DNA from: Eledone cirrhosa
Lineage: Eukaryota
Assembly: GCA_964016885.1 (NCBI GenBank)
Contig: OZ024742.1
Span: 301,382,001 to 301,446,000 of the forward strand
Reading direction: 5' to 3'
Length of the DNA stretch: 64,000 nt
Shown here piece after piece: positions 52,611-64,000 of the stretch. How positions within the stretch are numbered: position 1 is the stretch's first letter; each line of letters begins with the position of its first letter. The notes beneath the pieces are model-generated. The model saw nothing but the letters and a program-made list of their open reading frames with translations, searched no databases and was not told the DNA's origin. A program made the position numbers and the translations under genes.

Positions 52611-52668
52611 CTTTATGCTCTGAAGAGTCCCACTTCTAGTGTGGACGAAACACTGTTAGCAATTAAAG
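52611..52668 (+). ncRNA. Type I hammerhead ribozyme fold
   Basis: Stem I CTTTA-TGCT/AGCA-at-TAAAG, CTGAAGA, stem II GTCC-CAC/GTG-t-GGAC, GAAA, stem III AC-ACT-GT, triplet GTT. Confidence 0.85.
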
Positions 52669-53295
52669 ATATACCTATATTCTAAGCGCTCTTTGTTGTT
52701 AATTGTATATATATATATATATATCATTGTTGTTTTAACATCCACTCTCTCTGTTAGCAAGAGTTATATATAGATATGATATATATATATGTATAGAAGG
52801 CACACATACGCAATAGAAATAGCTTTTTCTTGTGAGCAGTTAATCACATAAAATACCAACTGGGTGGAGTTTTTATAGGTGAAAGACTTTCATAAAAAAT
52901 ATGAAAAGGAGTCATGTTTCTTCTAAATTATATAACCTTTGGTTTACTCTTCACACACAAACACATATACACACACGCACTCACACATATGCACACACAC
53001 ACAGGCATATGTTTGTAATACTTTTATTGTTAACTTTGAAAGCATTGCTTCGTGAGAAAATCGTCGGTACCTGTCAGGATACAATAGATAAATAAAACAA
53101 CACTGCTATATTTTAAAATCGTACTTTTTAGAATGTTCCGCTTCTATTATGACAAATCTGGGCTGACACAAAATGATGTCATTACAAAAGATGCAGACAT
53201 CTTTAAATTACCTATAAACGTCTTTCAAAGACTTTCCATTTTACTTGCTAACATAATGTGTGTGTATTTGTGTGTATTTGTGTGTGTGTGTGTGC

Positions 53296-53340
<45 letters not shown>

Positions 53341-53656
53341 CAGCATTGTTGAAAAGTTAAGAGCTTCACTTCTCAATCATCTAGACCCAGGTTCAATCCC
53401 ACCATGTGTATGTATCTATGTATGTATGTATATATGTTGACAACAAAAAGTTTCTTCCTATAAAAAAAAACACCTGGGCAGATGTAGGGAGAGCTGATCT
53501 AAAAGACATTGAAGGATTGCAATGAGTGGAGAGCAAAGATCCATCCAACCCAAGCAAGCATGGAAAAGCAGATGTAAAACATTAATGATGATTATGATGA
53601 TGATGATGATGATGATGATAAAGTATATTTTCATTTCCATACCTATATATATATGT

Positions 53657-53975
53657 GAAGGCATGTGGTTTTGTAGTTAGGTTATTCGGCTCACAATCAT
53701 AAGTTCATGAGCTCGATCCCGGCAGTGCATTGTGTCCGTGAGCAAGACATTTTATTTCACGTTGCTCCAATCCAGTCAGCTAGCAAAATGAATTGTACCT
53801 GTAATTCGAAGGGCCACCTTGTCAGATTGCGTGTCACGTTGAATCTCCTTGAGAACTACATTAAGAGTATTTGTGTCTGTTGAATGCTCAGTCACTTACA
53901 TGTTAATTTCACGAGTAGGCTGTTCTGTTGATTATATCAACTGGAACACTCATCGTCGTAACTGATGGAGTGCCC
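53657..53975 (+). mobile_element. tRNA-CORE SINE with a different tail
   Basis: tRNA-like head and CORE, then a tail shared with ~38780-39090 (+) and ~61590-61750 (-). A third tail type is at 36584-36935. Confidence 0.7.
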
Positions 53976-54529
53976 TGTTATATATGTGTGCATGCACACA
54001 CACCCACACACACGTGCACACACATGCACACGTGCACACACCCACACACACGTACACACACACATGCACACGTGCACACACACACATATATTGTATTATA
54101 TTATATCATATTACATTTTTACATTTAAACACACATCTTCCATTGTGTGCTTCAGTCTTTGTAACAATATAAATACAAGTAGATTAGGAAGGTAGAGGAG
54201 AGAAAGTGATTAAATAAATAGCATATTTGTAACAAATCTGAGACAATCTGTCTTTCCTCTCTTCTTAAATGATATAGGTGCCATCGCTAACCATTATCTG
54301 AAAGCCCAAACTGTCAGTCTTAGTGATATAACATGTCATTAAGAGATTTCTTTCATTATTTGTGACCCCCTAGGTCACTTGGAATATGACTACTTCGAAG
54401 CAGCTGCAGAGCTTCTCTCAAGGTTTAAGATTTAATGACTAAATAGACAATAAATCTTGAAAATGTAAAAAAAGGTAGGTTGACTCCCACCTCAGCCCCC
54501 AGTAAAAAAATAAAGCTAAGAAAATCCTG

Positions 54530-54870
54530 GAAAGCCTACAAAAAGAGGATGTCTACGAACCATTGATGAGGAGTTTGTAGATCTAGTACCAAGATACACT
54601 TTCAACTTCATACCTATTATTATTGGAGCTACATGGTATATACCAACATGTCAGGACCAAAGTATGATTGAACTTGGATTTGTGGAAAAAGAAAATAATT
54701 CCGCAATTCATGATCTACAAATGACCATGATATCTGGAAACTTCTAAATCTGTAAAACATTCTTTTGATTCAAAGAATGAATGATTGCACAAAGAATGAA
54801 GAAAATTTCCTTTTCTTTACAACCTTGCCACTGGTTGGTCAAAAATCAACTCAAAATTAAGAGAAAGAGA
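54530..54870 (+). mobile_element. R4/Dong-like non-LTR element, C-terminal restriction-like-endonuclease fragment
   Basis: Degenerate KEDVYEPLMRSL..PRYTFNFIPIIIGATWYIP...LGF...ISGNF*ICKTFF*, typical of R4/Dong C-termini; followed by (ACAT)n. Confidence 0.65.
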
Positions 54871-55038
54871 ACATACATACATACATACATACATATATAT
54901 TTTTCATATGCTTCTTCTGCCTTTGCTATCTTTTCTTATTAAATGTTGATACTTATGCTTACTTCCCATATTTTGAATCCTTCTAATGTTCTTATGACAA
55001 ACCTCTGATATTATATTTGTATTTGAACCTTTATTATA

Positions 55039-55085
55039 TACTCTGATGAATCCGTCCTTGTGCTTGGATGAAACGATCGTAAGTG
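55039..55085 (+). ncRNA. Minimal type I hammerhead with palindromic stem III
   Basis: Stem I TACT/AGTG, CTGATGA, stem II ATCC/GGAT, GAAA, palindrome ACGATCGT, triplet GTA. Confidence 0.85.
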
Positions 55086-55979
55086 ATTAAATGTTCTAAA
55101 CACTCTTTGATTGTTGTTTATAAAGTATATATATACATACATACATGAGGATTGTAGCATCTTCACAGACGATTGCTGTGTCTTCACAGATGATTGCTGT
55201 CTCTTATTGATTCTTCACGACTTCGTAGATCACTTTGTAAACCCAGCTGTAGATCTGCATGGTTTACAATACAGGTAACAGAAGAGAACTGTGCTTTCCC
55301 CAGGACCGGTGGGGGTCACCCTGTGGGACACAATCTTTATGCCCCACCATACATACATACATACATACATACATACATACATACATACATACATACATAC
55401 ATACATACATACATACATACATACATACATAATGAAGCCAACTTGTGTCTGAGTACAGCCACTTCTTATACAAAATAAAAAAAAAATTAAAAAAATAAAA
55501 TCACATTGGCAAAAAACGTGTTATTTATGTTGTTGTTGGTGGTATCATCTTAAATAGGTCATCAGGCCAGGAAATAAGTGACTTACATGTTATACCACAC
55601 ATTGTGCTGATAAGTTTGCTAACTGCTTGAGTTTCATTGGTGTACCATGCTTTGCAGTCCTGTGTTAGCCCACTTGCAAAGGAACATACTTTGGTACATG
55701 CACACATACATACAGACATACTTGCATACATACAAACATATATACATATTTACATACATATATACATACATACATGCATACATACATACATATATAAATA
55801 CATACATGCATACACATACACTTACATACAGACATATTTGCATACATACAAGCATTCTTACATACATAAAAACATACATACATGCATATATCTATCCATA
55901 TATACACACACACATACATACATACAGACAGACTGACAGTCAGACAAATAGACAGGCAGACATACTTACATAGCACAAT

Positions 55980-56300
55980 GAAACATTGCTATACAAGATT
56001 TTAAAAATATGGCAGTCAGAGCCTTCTCTTCACAACACAATATCCTGCAATGCATTTGAAGTCTCTGTATTAATATCAACATTTGGGATACTTGACAGGT
56101 CTATAGAGGAAATTGATTCCATAGATATTAAAATATGCAAAATCCTGACATTAACTGATTGGAAGATTCCATGGAAACAGTGATATGGACTAGCTCTTCT
56201 TAAGTAGAAAGAACAAGGGGAGAGGATTAAGATTAGTGCAGAAGGTTTTTAAATGTTTGCAGTAAACAATAAAAACCTCAACCATGTGTTCAAGAATGAA
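55980..56300 (+). mobile_element. R4/Dong-like non-LTR element, post-RT fragment
   Basis: KIWQSE.SLHN...NAFEVSVLISTFGILDRSIEEIDSIDIKICKILTL..FHGNSDMD.LFLSRKNKGRGL resembles the R4/Dong R.L.LPRxxGGRGL region. Confidence 0.7.
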
Positions 56301-58225
56301 GAGAACATCTTATAGGTTGGTACTGAACTTCTCAAGAAGTATTCACTTACTGAGGACTTCCAATGCAATACCAGAACTGCTGGGTTAGCCTACCTCAAGG
56401 TAGGCTTGGAGAAGAAACACTGCCCAAAAATGTCACTAGTTGAAATTTATCAAAGTCATACCAGTTATTCTGCTGAGATTAGGTAATGACCCCTTGATTG
56501 GCTGGATGAACAGAATGAAGAGCAAATGAGATATGTACATATGTATGGTCCCGTAACTCCTGATAGAGTCATAGGGGTGCCGTATTGACATACAGCGTTT
56601 CTTGGGCATTTTAAGCCTGGCGGTGCCCATCCCTCTCCAGGCCTGAGTATAGCAGATTTCTTCCAGAGAAAGATAGAGAGTGAGAGAAAGGCAATGAGAA
56701 AGGTATATAGAGGAAGAATCAACCCCAGTACTAGATTGGTACTTTTTTTTATCGACCTCGAAAGGATGAAAGTCAAAGTTGACCTCGACGGGATTTGAAC
56801 TCAGAGAGCAGAGAGTTGGAATGAATACCATAAAGTATTCTATCCAACGTTCTAACTACTCTGCTAATTTGTCACCTCAATGAGATATAAAATATCCAAA
56901 TTTGTTACATTTCAGTGTGAAGTAATTGTGCCAATGTGTCATGCCACGTTTGTTTAGAACAAATATTCTATTTTACCTTTAAAAATCAACTGTCAAAAAA
57001 TATACAACCCAGTAGATTCTTCCTGTAAGAAAACTGTTAAGAACTTGAACCACAACCAATAACAATATTGTGCGCCCTTGTGGCAAATAAAGAAATAATA
57101 TTGAAATACGATTGGTTGCTGCTTACAAACATAACGGACTGGATTATGGAATACACCTCTATTGGTTTCAATGATCATTGTTCCAGTTGTTAAATCAATT
57201 GTAATTGGTGAATACATATTTTCCCATTATCCTGAGATATCTCTCAGTAACACTTTCTCACCCAATTTAAAATAAGTTGAAATAATAGTCATACAAATTA
57301 AAATTAATTGAACAATGTAATGTATGATGCCAAATTTTCGATTTTTAAGTGCTGAGAACATATATATCTTTCGATATAAAATTCTTTGTCTCTCTCTGTC
57401 TGTCATTTCCTTATGCATTCTCAAATGGCTAGACCAAATCAAATCAAATTTTACAAGGTATTAGACCCCAGAATTAACAACATGTAATTTTTATTTTCAT
57501 TTGGATTAAAATAATATAACATTTTATCTAAAATAATCTACATGGATATTTTATAACACAACGACGACATCACATTTTGTATATGAGTGTGTATGTGTCT
57601 GCGAGTGTGTGTGTTTTTGCACCTTCATTACATATGGTATGCCTTAGTAAGATACATACACACACATCTTCACATAAATATTTAATCAGATACACATAGA
57701 ATTAAACACACACACACACACACATCTACACATACATATACATATGAGTTAATTTAGAGATTAATATATATTTCTTTTGGATGTTGATACTTATTTGTTT
57801 ACAATATTGAAAAAACTGTCTTATTCCAAAAATTCCTCTCATACCTACAGATATTCCATTTGAATTTAAGAGGCTTCAGTTTTCAGTCAAACTAAGTTTT
57901 GTTATTTCAATTAACAAATCTCAGGGTCAGTCCCTCAAAGTAGTTGGACTTGATCTCTCTACTACATGCTTCTCCCACAGTCAACTCTATATTGGTTGCT
58001 CATGAGTTGGAAGTAGCAACAATTTATTTGCACACCAACAAAAAATTACACAATGAATAATTTTTACCCTGAGGTGCTTCAAATTTGATAGATTTTCATT
58101 TCTAAATTCTATTATTATTACAATTTTGATATTTATTTTATAAAATATAGATATTTTGAAATAATTATGAGAAAAAAAATATATCTTCGTATTTATTGTT
58201 TACCAATCTGAATAAGAACAGCAGT

Positions 58226-58255
58226 AATCTGGGCAATGCTGGGTCATTCAGCTAG
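58226..58255 (+). mobile_element. Helitron 3' terminus
   Basis: aatctgggcaatgctgggt (CpG-decayed hairpin), 7 nt, then CTAG|T. Confidence 0.6.
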
Positions 58256-58256
58256 T

Positions 58257-61200
58257 CATCATCATCATCATCATCATCAACGTTTAACGTCCGTGTTCCA
58301 CACTTGCATGGGTTTGGACGGGGGTTTTCCCACTTGAGGCAAGAGTGATTATCTTGCTCGCATAGGACTGTCTGGCGGGTTTTCTACAGCTGGATGCCCT
58401 TCCTAACACCAACCACATTTACAGTGTGGGGCTGGGAGGTTTTTACCGTGTTACCTACACGGCCACATTACAGCGTGGACTGTGTGTTTTTTTGTCGTGA
58501 CACCTACACGATCTCATTTGTTTCGGCCTGGATGTTGTGGCACCAACATAACTTTACATTGAAAGGGGCGGTGTGGATGGGGTGGAGGTGGTGGGACGGG
58601 GGTGTGTTTTGTTAGAGATGCCTACTGACTGTAGTAGGTTTTACTTTGTATTTAGGTAAGGCGGGTCTTCTCTATTACTGAGTACCGCCAAAGGTCTCGG
58701 TCCAGTGACATTGTCTTGGTGAGGTGTAAGTGTGTGAGGTCGGAATTTATCAGCTCGTCCCAGGTTTTTCTGGGTCTGCCTATTCCGTGGCTACCGTCTA
58801 TCTTTATTGCCCTGCACTTTGTTATACAGCTATCGTCTTTCATGCGCATCACGTGACCATACCAACGTAGCCTTCTCTCGAGTAAACAACATCTGATCCC
58901 TCTTATTTCTAATTTTTTCCTTAGTTCGTTTATGCTTTGCCGTTCACGTATATTACTATTACACATCCAGCGGAGCATGCAAGCTTCGTTTCTCTCTAGT
59001 CTGCGTATATCCTCTGCACACAATGCCCAGGTCTCACAGCCATGCAACATTGCTGTTCGTATGCAGGCATCATACAACCTGCCTTTCATTTTTAGGGAGA
59101 ACCCTTTAGCGGCTAATAGTGGTATAAGCTCTCTGAACTTTTTCCATCCAGTTCTGACTCTAGCTAATGTACTTTCAGAGCACCCTCCCCCACTTCTGAT
59201 TTTGTCACCCAGGTAACGGAAGCTGTCCACTATTTCTATAGAACCCTCTGCGCAGTTGAAAGACCTAGTATTTTGTGGGCACTTGCTGCTACTTATTGCA
59301 CCAGAGCACCGGCCACATGTAAAATCTATGTTCTTAGTTAGCTTACCTGTGATCCCACTACATCTTTTATGCACTCATACTTTGCATTTGGGACACAAAA
59401 TGGAGTTTCTACCTACGCCTTTCCTACACACTGAGCATGGCCACTTCCCGGAAGGGACCGCCGTCTTATTTTCTTTCTTACAAACTAGAACTTTAGTCTT
59501 AGCCAGGTTAATTTTAAGGCCTTTTGATTCTAGGCCGTGCTTCCATGTTTGGAATTTCTTCTCTAGCTCGGCCATTGATTCAGCTATGAGTGTTAGGTCA
59601 TCTGCGTATAGGAGTTCCCATGGGCAACCGGTCTTGAACTCCTCTGTTATAGCCTGAAGGGCAATAATAAATAGTAGGGGGCTGAGAACAGAGCCCTGAT
59701 GGACGCCAACTTTTACGCTAAACTCTTCACTATATTCGTTGTTAATTCTAACCTTGCTGACTGTTTCTTTATACATGGCTTGTATAGCTCTCACAAGCCA
59801 TTCGTCAACACCTAGTTTTCTAAGAGCCCACCAGATAATGGAGCGGGGGACTCTGTCAAAGGCTTTCTCTAGGTCTACAAAAGCTAAGTAGAGGGGTTTA
59901 CTTTTAGCTAGGTACTTCTCCTGTAGTTGTCGTACAATGAAAAGAGCGTCTGTGGTACTTTTACCTGACACAAACACGAACTGCATTTCATCTAGATCAA
60001 TTCTCTCTCTGATTAGTTACGCTATTACTTTTTCCGTGACCTTCATGACCTGGTCGATTAATTTAATGCCTCTATAGTTACTCCTATCTAGGGCATCTCC
60101 TTTACCCTTATAACAGTTAATGATGATGCTGCTACGCCAGTCCTTCGGAACAACCCCATTCTGTACGACTTGGTTAACTATCCGGGTGACCATTGTGTGT
60201 CCCACCGTACCAGATGCCTTCAGCATCTCAGCAACTATTTCCGAAGGCCCAGCCGCCTTACCCATCTTCATATCTTTGATTGCCTTACTTATTATACTAC
60301 CCTCGACTAACATAACACTGCTGGTCCCTCTATTGGGTCGATGTGGGGGAGACTGTCTTTCTCCCATTTATTCTCCTCATTTAGTAGCCTTTCATAGTGA
60401 CACTTCCAAGCTACCTTCTTATCAGCGTCGGTGATGGCAAGTACGCCGTCATCATTAAGTACACACTTCTCCCCGACAATATCACAGTTTTCCTTGACAC
60501 ATTGCCTAGCAATCCTGAACACCTCACGTTTTTGGTCCTCGCGTTGTAGAACATGCTTGAACTTTCTTTCCTCTGCTTCCCTTCTTGCGAAGTGCACTTG
60601 TCTCCTAGCTTCCCTCCTGGCCACTTGATAGTCTTCTCTGCTTCCCCCATCCCGCCATACTTTCCAAGCCTGCTTTTTGGCCTTAATTTCCCCCTCCACC
60701 TTACTGTTCCACCACCATGTTACTCTCCTCCTGCCTACAGGCCTGCTCCAGCCACAGACTTCGTCTGCCGTTATCAGCAGGTTTGCTTTCAGGAATTCCC
60801 ACTGCTCCTCTATATTGTACGACTCTAATTGCTCTTCCTTACTGTCGAAAGCATCAAGTAGTATACTTTTGAATTTATTTCAGGCTGTGGGGTCCTTTAG
60901 CTTCCATATTTTTCTCATGAGGATAGTCCTCTTCTGTTGTCTAGTACGTCTCGTCCTGACTATTAGGTCGCTAATTATCAGTCTAAGTTGGGAGGTGCAT
61001 TCTTCATGGGGGAGGGATTTAGTGTTTACAACAGACACTCTGTCACATCTTCTGGTAAGGATATAATCTACCTGGCTTGTGTGTTCCCCGATCTATAGGT
61101 GATCAGGTGATTGTCACGTTTTTTGAAGTTAGTGTTACAGATAGTTAGGTTATTTGCGTCACAGAATTCCAGGATTCTGGAGCCTTCCTCATTTCTAGTA

Positions 61201-61523
61201 CCAAACCCATAGCCTCCATGGATTTCGTCGTAGCCGTCACAATGTTGTCCGACGTGACCATTTAGGTCGCCTGCAATAATTATATAGTCACTGTCGGTTA
61301 TTTGGGAGGTAGTGAGCATCAGTCACCCCTCCACCTGGTCTCTTGAATACAACAAACATCGACTTCCTTACGTTCAAGCATTTCTACAACCTCGTTAGAG
61401 CGACCCTTTAAGGTGCCTACATTCATGGTACCAACTCTGAAGTTTTGGATTGCGTTTGGAGGGTGGGGGCGGTGGGGAGCGGGGGGAGATAGGGTAATGT
61501 TAGCCATCCGCGGCCGAAACAAT
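58257..61523 (-). mobile_element. Near full-length decayed copy of the same RTE LINE
   Basis: Six ORF pieces nearly identical to 44699..47977, with stops, frameshifts and a ~250-bp deletion in the endonuclease (QETRWRG joined to MLTTSQ). (CAT)n tail at 58257; 5' end abuts (TA)n. Confidence 0.93.
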
Positions 61524-62099
61524 ATATATATATACCACTATGAAGTTCATAGAAATAGCTTTAAATGAGACAAAATAAGTATTAGTATGAAATGGACCTC
61601 CAGCGGTTTCAACTATGAGATTCCCAGTTGTTCAATCAATGGAACAGCCTACTTTTGAAATTAATATATAAATGGGTGAGTATTCCACAGACCAATAAAC
61701 ACGTAATATAATTCTCAGGGAGATTCAGCATGACACGGTGTGTGACAGAAATGACACGAGTATGACACAGAGTGTGATAGAAATGACACAAGTGTGATGC
61801 AGAATGTGATACAAGGTATCACTAAATTTCTCTAAAATTTTGATTAATTTCAAAATTGCAACCCATTTGCCATGTATTTAATTAGAAATATGATAACGAG
61901 AGAGTTAATACCATGTGAGCTGTCAATATTTTCTCATGATATTTTCCCAAACTGTTAGTCATTTGTAAATTGGAGTCATTGTGAAATAAGTTGTTTTTTT
62001 TTATGTTTACCTTAAGTAACAACTTGTTTGGAGATTCTAAATTGTTAATAAATAATAAATACAAATTGAATACTTTGCAATTTGTTTAGAAATTTCACA

Positions 62100-63573
62100 T
62101 CATATTCTTATATTTCTCTGTTTGTTCATTTGTATTTCTGTTTTGTTTGTTTCTTTTTTTTTCTTTCTCTCTACCCCCCTCTATCTACTATTTAATAGGT
62201 TACTCATAAAATTTGTTCACATCAATGATAAGTTCTTCGTTTTCACTTAACAAACTTGACTGTCTGCAATGATTAGTTAAATAGCACCATTTAACACCTC
62301 TCTACTATCCTACCCACTTCATTTCATTCCCACAGCTTCTCTTTCTTTCTCTTCCCCTTTCTATTACCACTATTCCTTCCTTTTCTTTCTCTTTACCCTC
62401 CCTCCTCTCTTCCTATTCCCCCCTCTCTCTATATATGTGTGTGTGTGTGTGTGTGTGTGCGCGCACGTGTGTGTGTGTATAATACACATATACCCACATA
62501 CACACATACATATATGTGTGTGTGTGTGTAATATAAATAAATACATACATATGCACACACATCTATATATATATATATATATTTAGAAACACACAGATAC
62601 ATGCGGACACACACATATATACACGAGTGCATCCGCACCCAACTGTGAGTTAAGGGTGCCAACTTCACCGATGTTGCTCAATGAATGACTGGGACAGACC
62701 AATTCAATTTGAACCAGACTGAACCAGTGAAAACCAGTGAAAACGAAGAACTTATCATTGATGTGAACAAATTTTATGAGTAACCTATTAAATAGTAGAT
62801 AGAGGGGGGTAGAGAGAAAGAAAAAAAAAGAAACAAACAAAACAGAAATACAAATGAACAAACAGAGAAATATAAGAATATGATGCCACGAAACTACGTA
62901 GTCGAGGAATTTAGGAACAGTTTAGGTATGATACATTTTATTACTAATTATATCTAAATGTTTCTTCTCTCTTCATAATGTATTTTTAACTCTGATACTG
63001 GTTCAGTCTGGTTCAAATTGAATTGGTCTGTCCCAGTCATTCATTGAGCAACATCGGTGAAGTTGGCACCCTTAACTCACAGTTGGGTGCGGATGCACTC
63101 GTGTATATATGTGTGTGTCCGCATGTATCTGTGTGTTTCTAAATATATTAATAACTCCCTCTGGTCGAGCAATCTTTGAAGTGTGGGGACAACTGGAAAG
63201 CTTCCATTACTCATACTTCTCGCCTTCTTCACTACCTCTTCTGCGGCCTCGATATGAATACCCCCTCCGCCTCCGTGGTATTTTCTTCGTGGTTATAAGA
63301 GGCTTAGCTCTGTTTCTCGACCGTTATATCGCGTGACTATCTCCCCCTCCGCCTTTTGGGATTCTTTCTCACGTCGTGTAGACGCGTTCTTGAGACTAGT
63401 AAAATGAGGTATCCTCTTGATAAGTCGGCAGACCTCGCAAGGACTCTATATCTTTGATATATTGTTTTTGTTTATGCCACGAAACTACGTAGTCGAGGAA
63501 TTTAGGAACAGTTTAGGTATGATACATTTTATTACTAATTATATCTAAATGTTTCTTCTCTCTTCATAATGTA
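62100..63573. mobile_element. Complex of interleaved inverted and direct repeats ending in a hammerhead
   Basis: 62100-62247 inverted with 62737-62884; ~62575-62729 inverted with ~62998-63147; 62883-62983 direct with 63474-63573. Confidence 0.85.
63412..63499 (+). ncRNA. Variant type I hammerhead (U3-A8 core, palindromic stem III)
   Basis: Stem I TCCTC/GAGGA, core TTGATAA, stem II GT-c-GGCA...TGCC-AC (57 nt), GAAA, palindrome ACTACGTAGT, triplet GTC. Confidence 0.8.
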
Positions 63574-63609
63574 TATATATATATATATATATATACTAAT
63601 GTATGTATG

Positions 63610-63736
<127 letters not shown>

Positions 63737-63816
63737 CGAAGGAAGTGTGGTAAGGAACCAGATGGACCATAACGCACCAGAGTACTCAATACTTAGGGTA
63801 GTAGAGTGGGTAATAG

Positions 63817-63927
63817 GACAATGTTTAACCCTGACGGCAGAGTTCAAGCCGTTTCGACGGCTATTTCTGGACTCCAGAAATAGCCGTCGAAATGACTTGA
63901 GCTCTGCCGTCGGGGTTAATCATTGTC
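63817..63927. repeat. 111-bp palindrome containing hammerhead 3' halves
   Basis: Centre at 63872. The minus arm reads GAAACGGC-TTGAACTCT-GCCGTC-AGGGTT. Confidence 0.9.
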
Positions 63928-64000
63928 ATATATATATATATATATATATAGTTGTTATATACTTGTGGTTGAGTAAAACTGGGCTGGAATGGTGAGCTAT

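Noticed and set aside
51521-52639. F/I/Y/L-rich membrane-like ORFs
   Set aside because: Translation of T-rich low-complexity DNA; the same applies to the many microsatellite-derived short ORFs.

Overview
Eukaryotic, repeat-rich animal DNA. The SINE families and the dense (TA)n/(CAT)n/(CA)n microsatellites point to an octopus or other coleoid genome (inference). Two spliced genes lie tail-to-tail. The last ten coding exons of EFCAB7 are on + (1374-31046), and a ~501-aa CABIT-domain GAREM/Themis/Serrano-like gene has two coding exons on - (40072-37073). The rest is mobile DNA: an intact 1092-codon RTE-type LINE carrying a PHD-like finger, a decayed inverted twin of it, many 3' fragments, CR1-like and R4/Dong-like fragments, CORE- and Meta-type tRNA SINEs, Helitrons, TTAA (piggyBac-like) MITEs and minisatellites. 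The most notable hidden signal is a set of at least 8 distinct type I hammerhead-ribozyme folds, plus mirror and half copies, in short, mostly (TA)n-bounded, often palindromic elements. One of these elements still carries a Penelope-like GIY-YIG endonuclease tail. Several have unusual but coherent core variants (U3-A8 covariation, U.U at the base of stem II, very long stem II, palindromic stem III). Together they suggest a diverse Penelope-derived ribozyme (retrozyme-like) system. All folds were read by eye and activity is untested.
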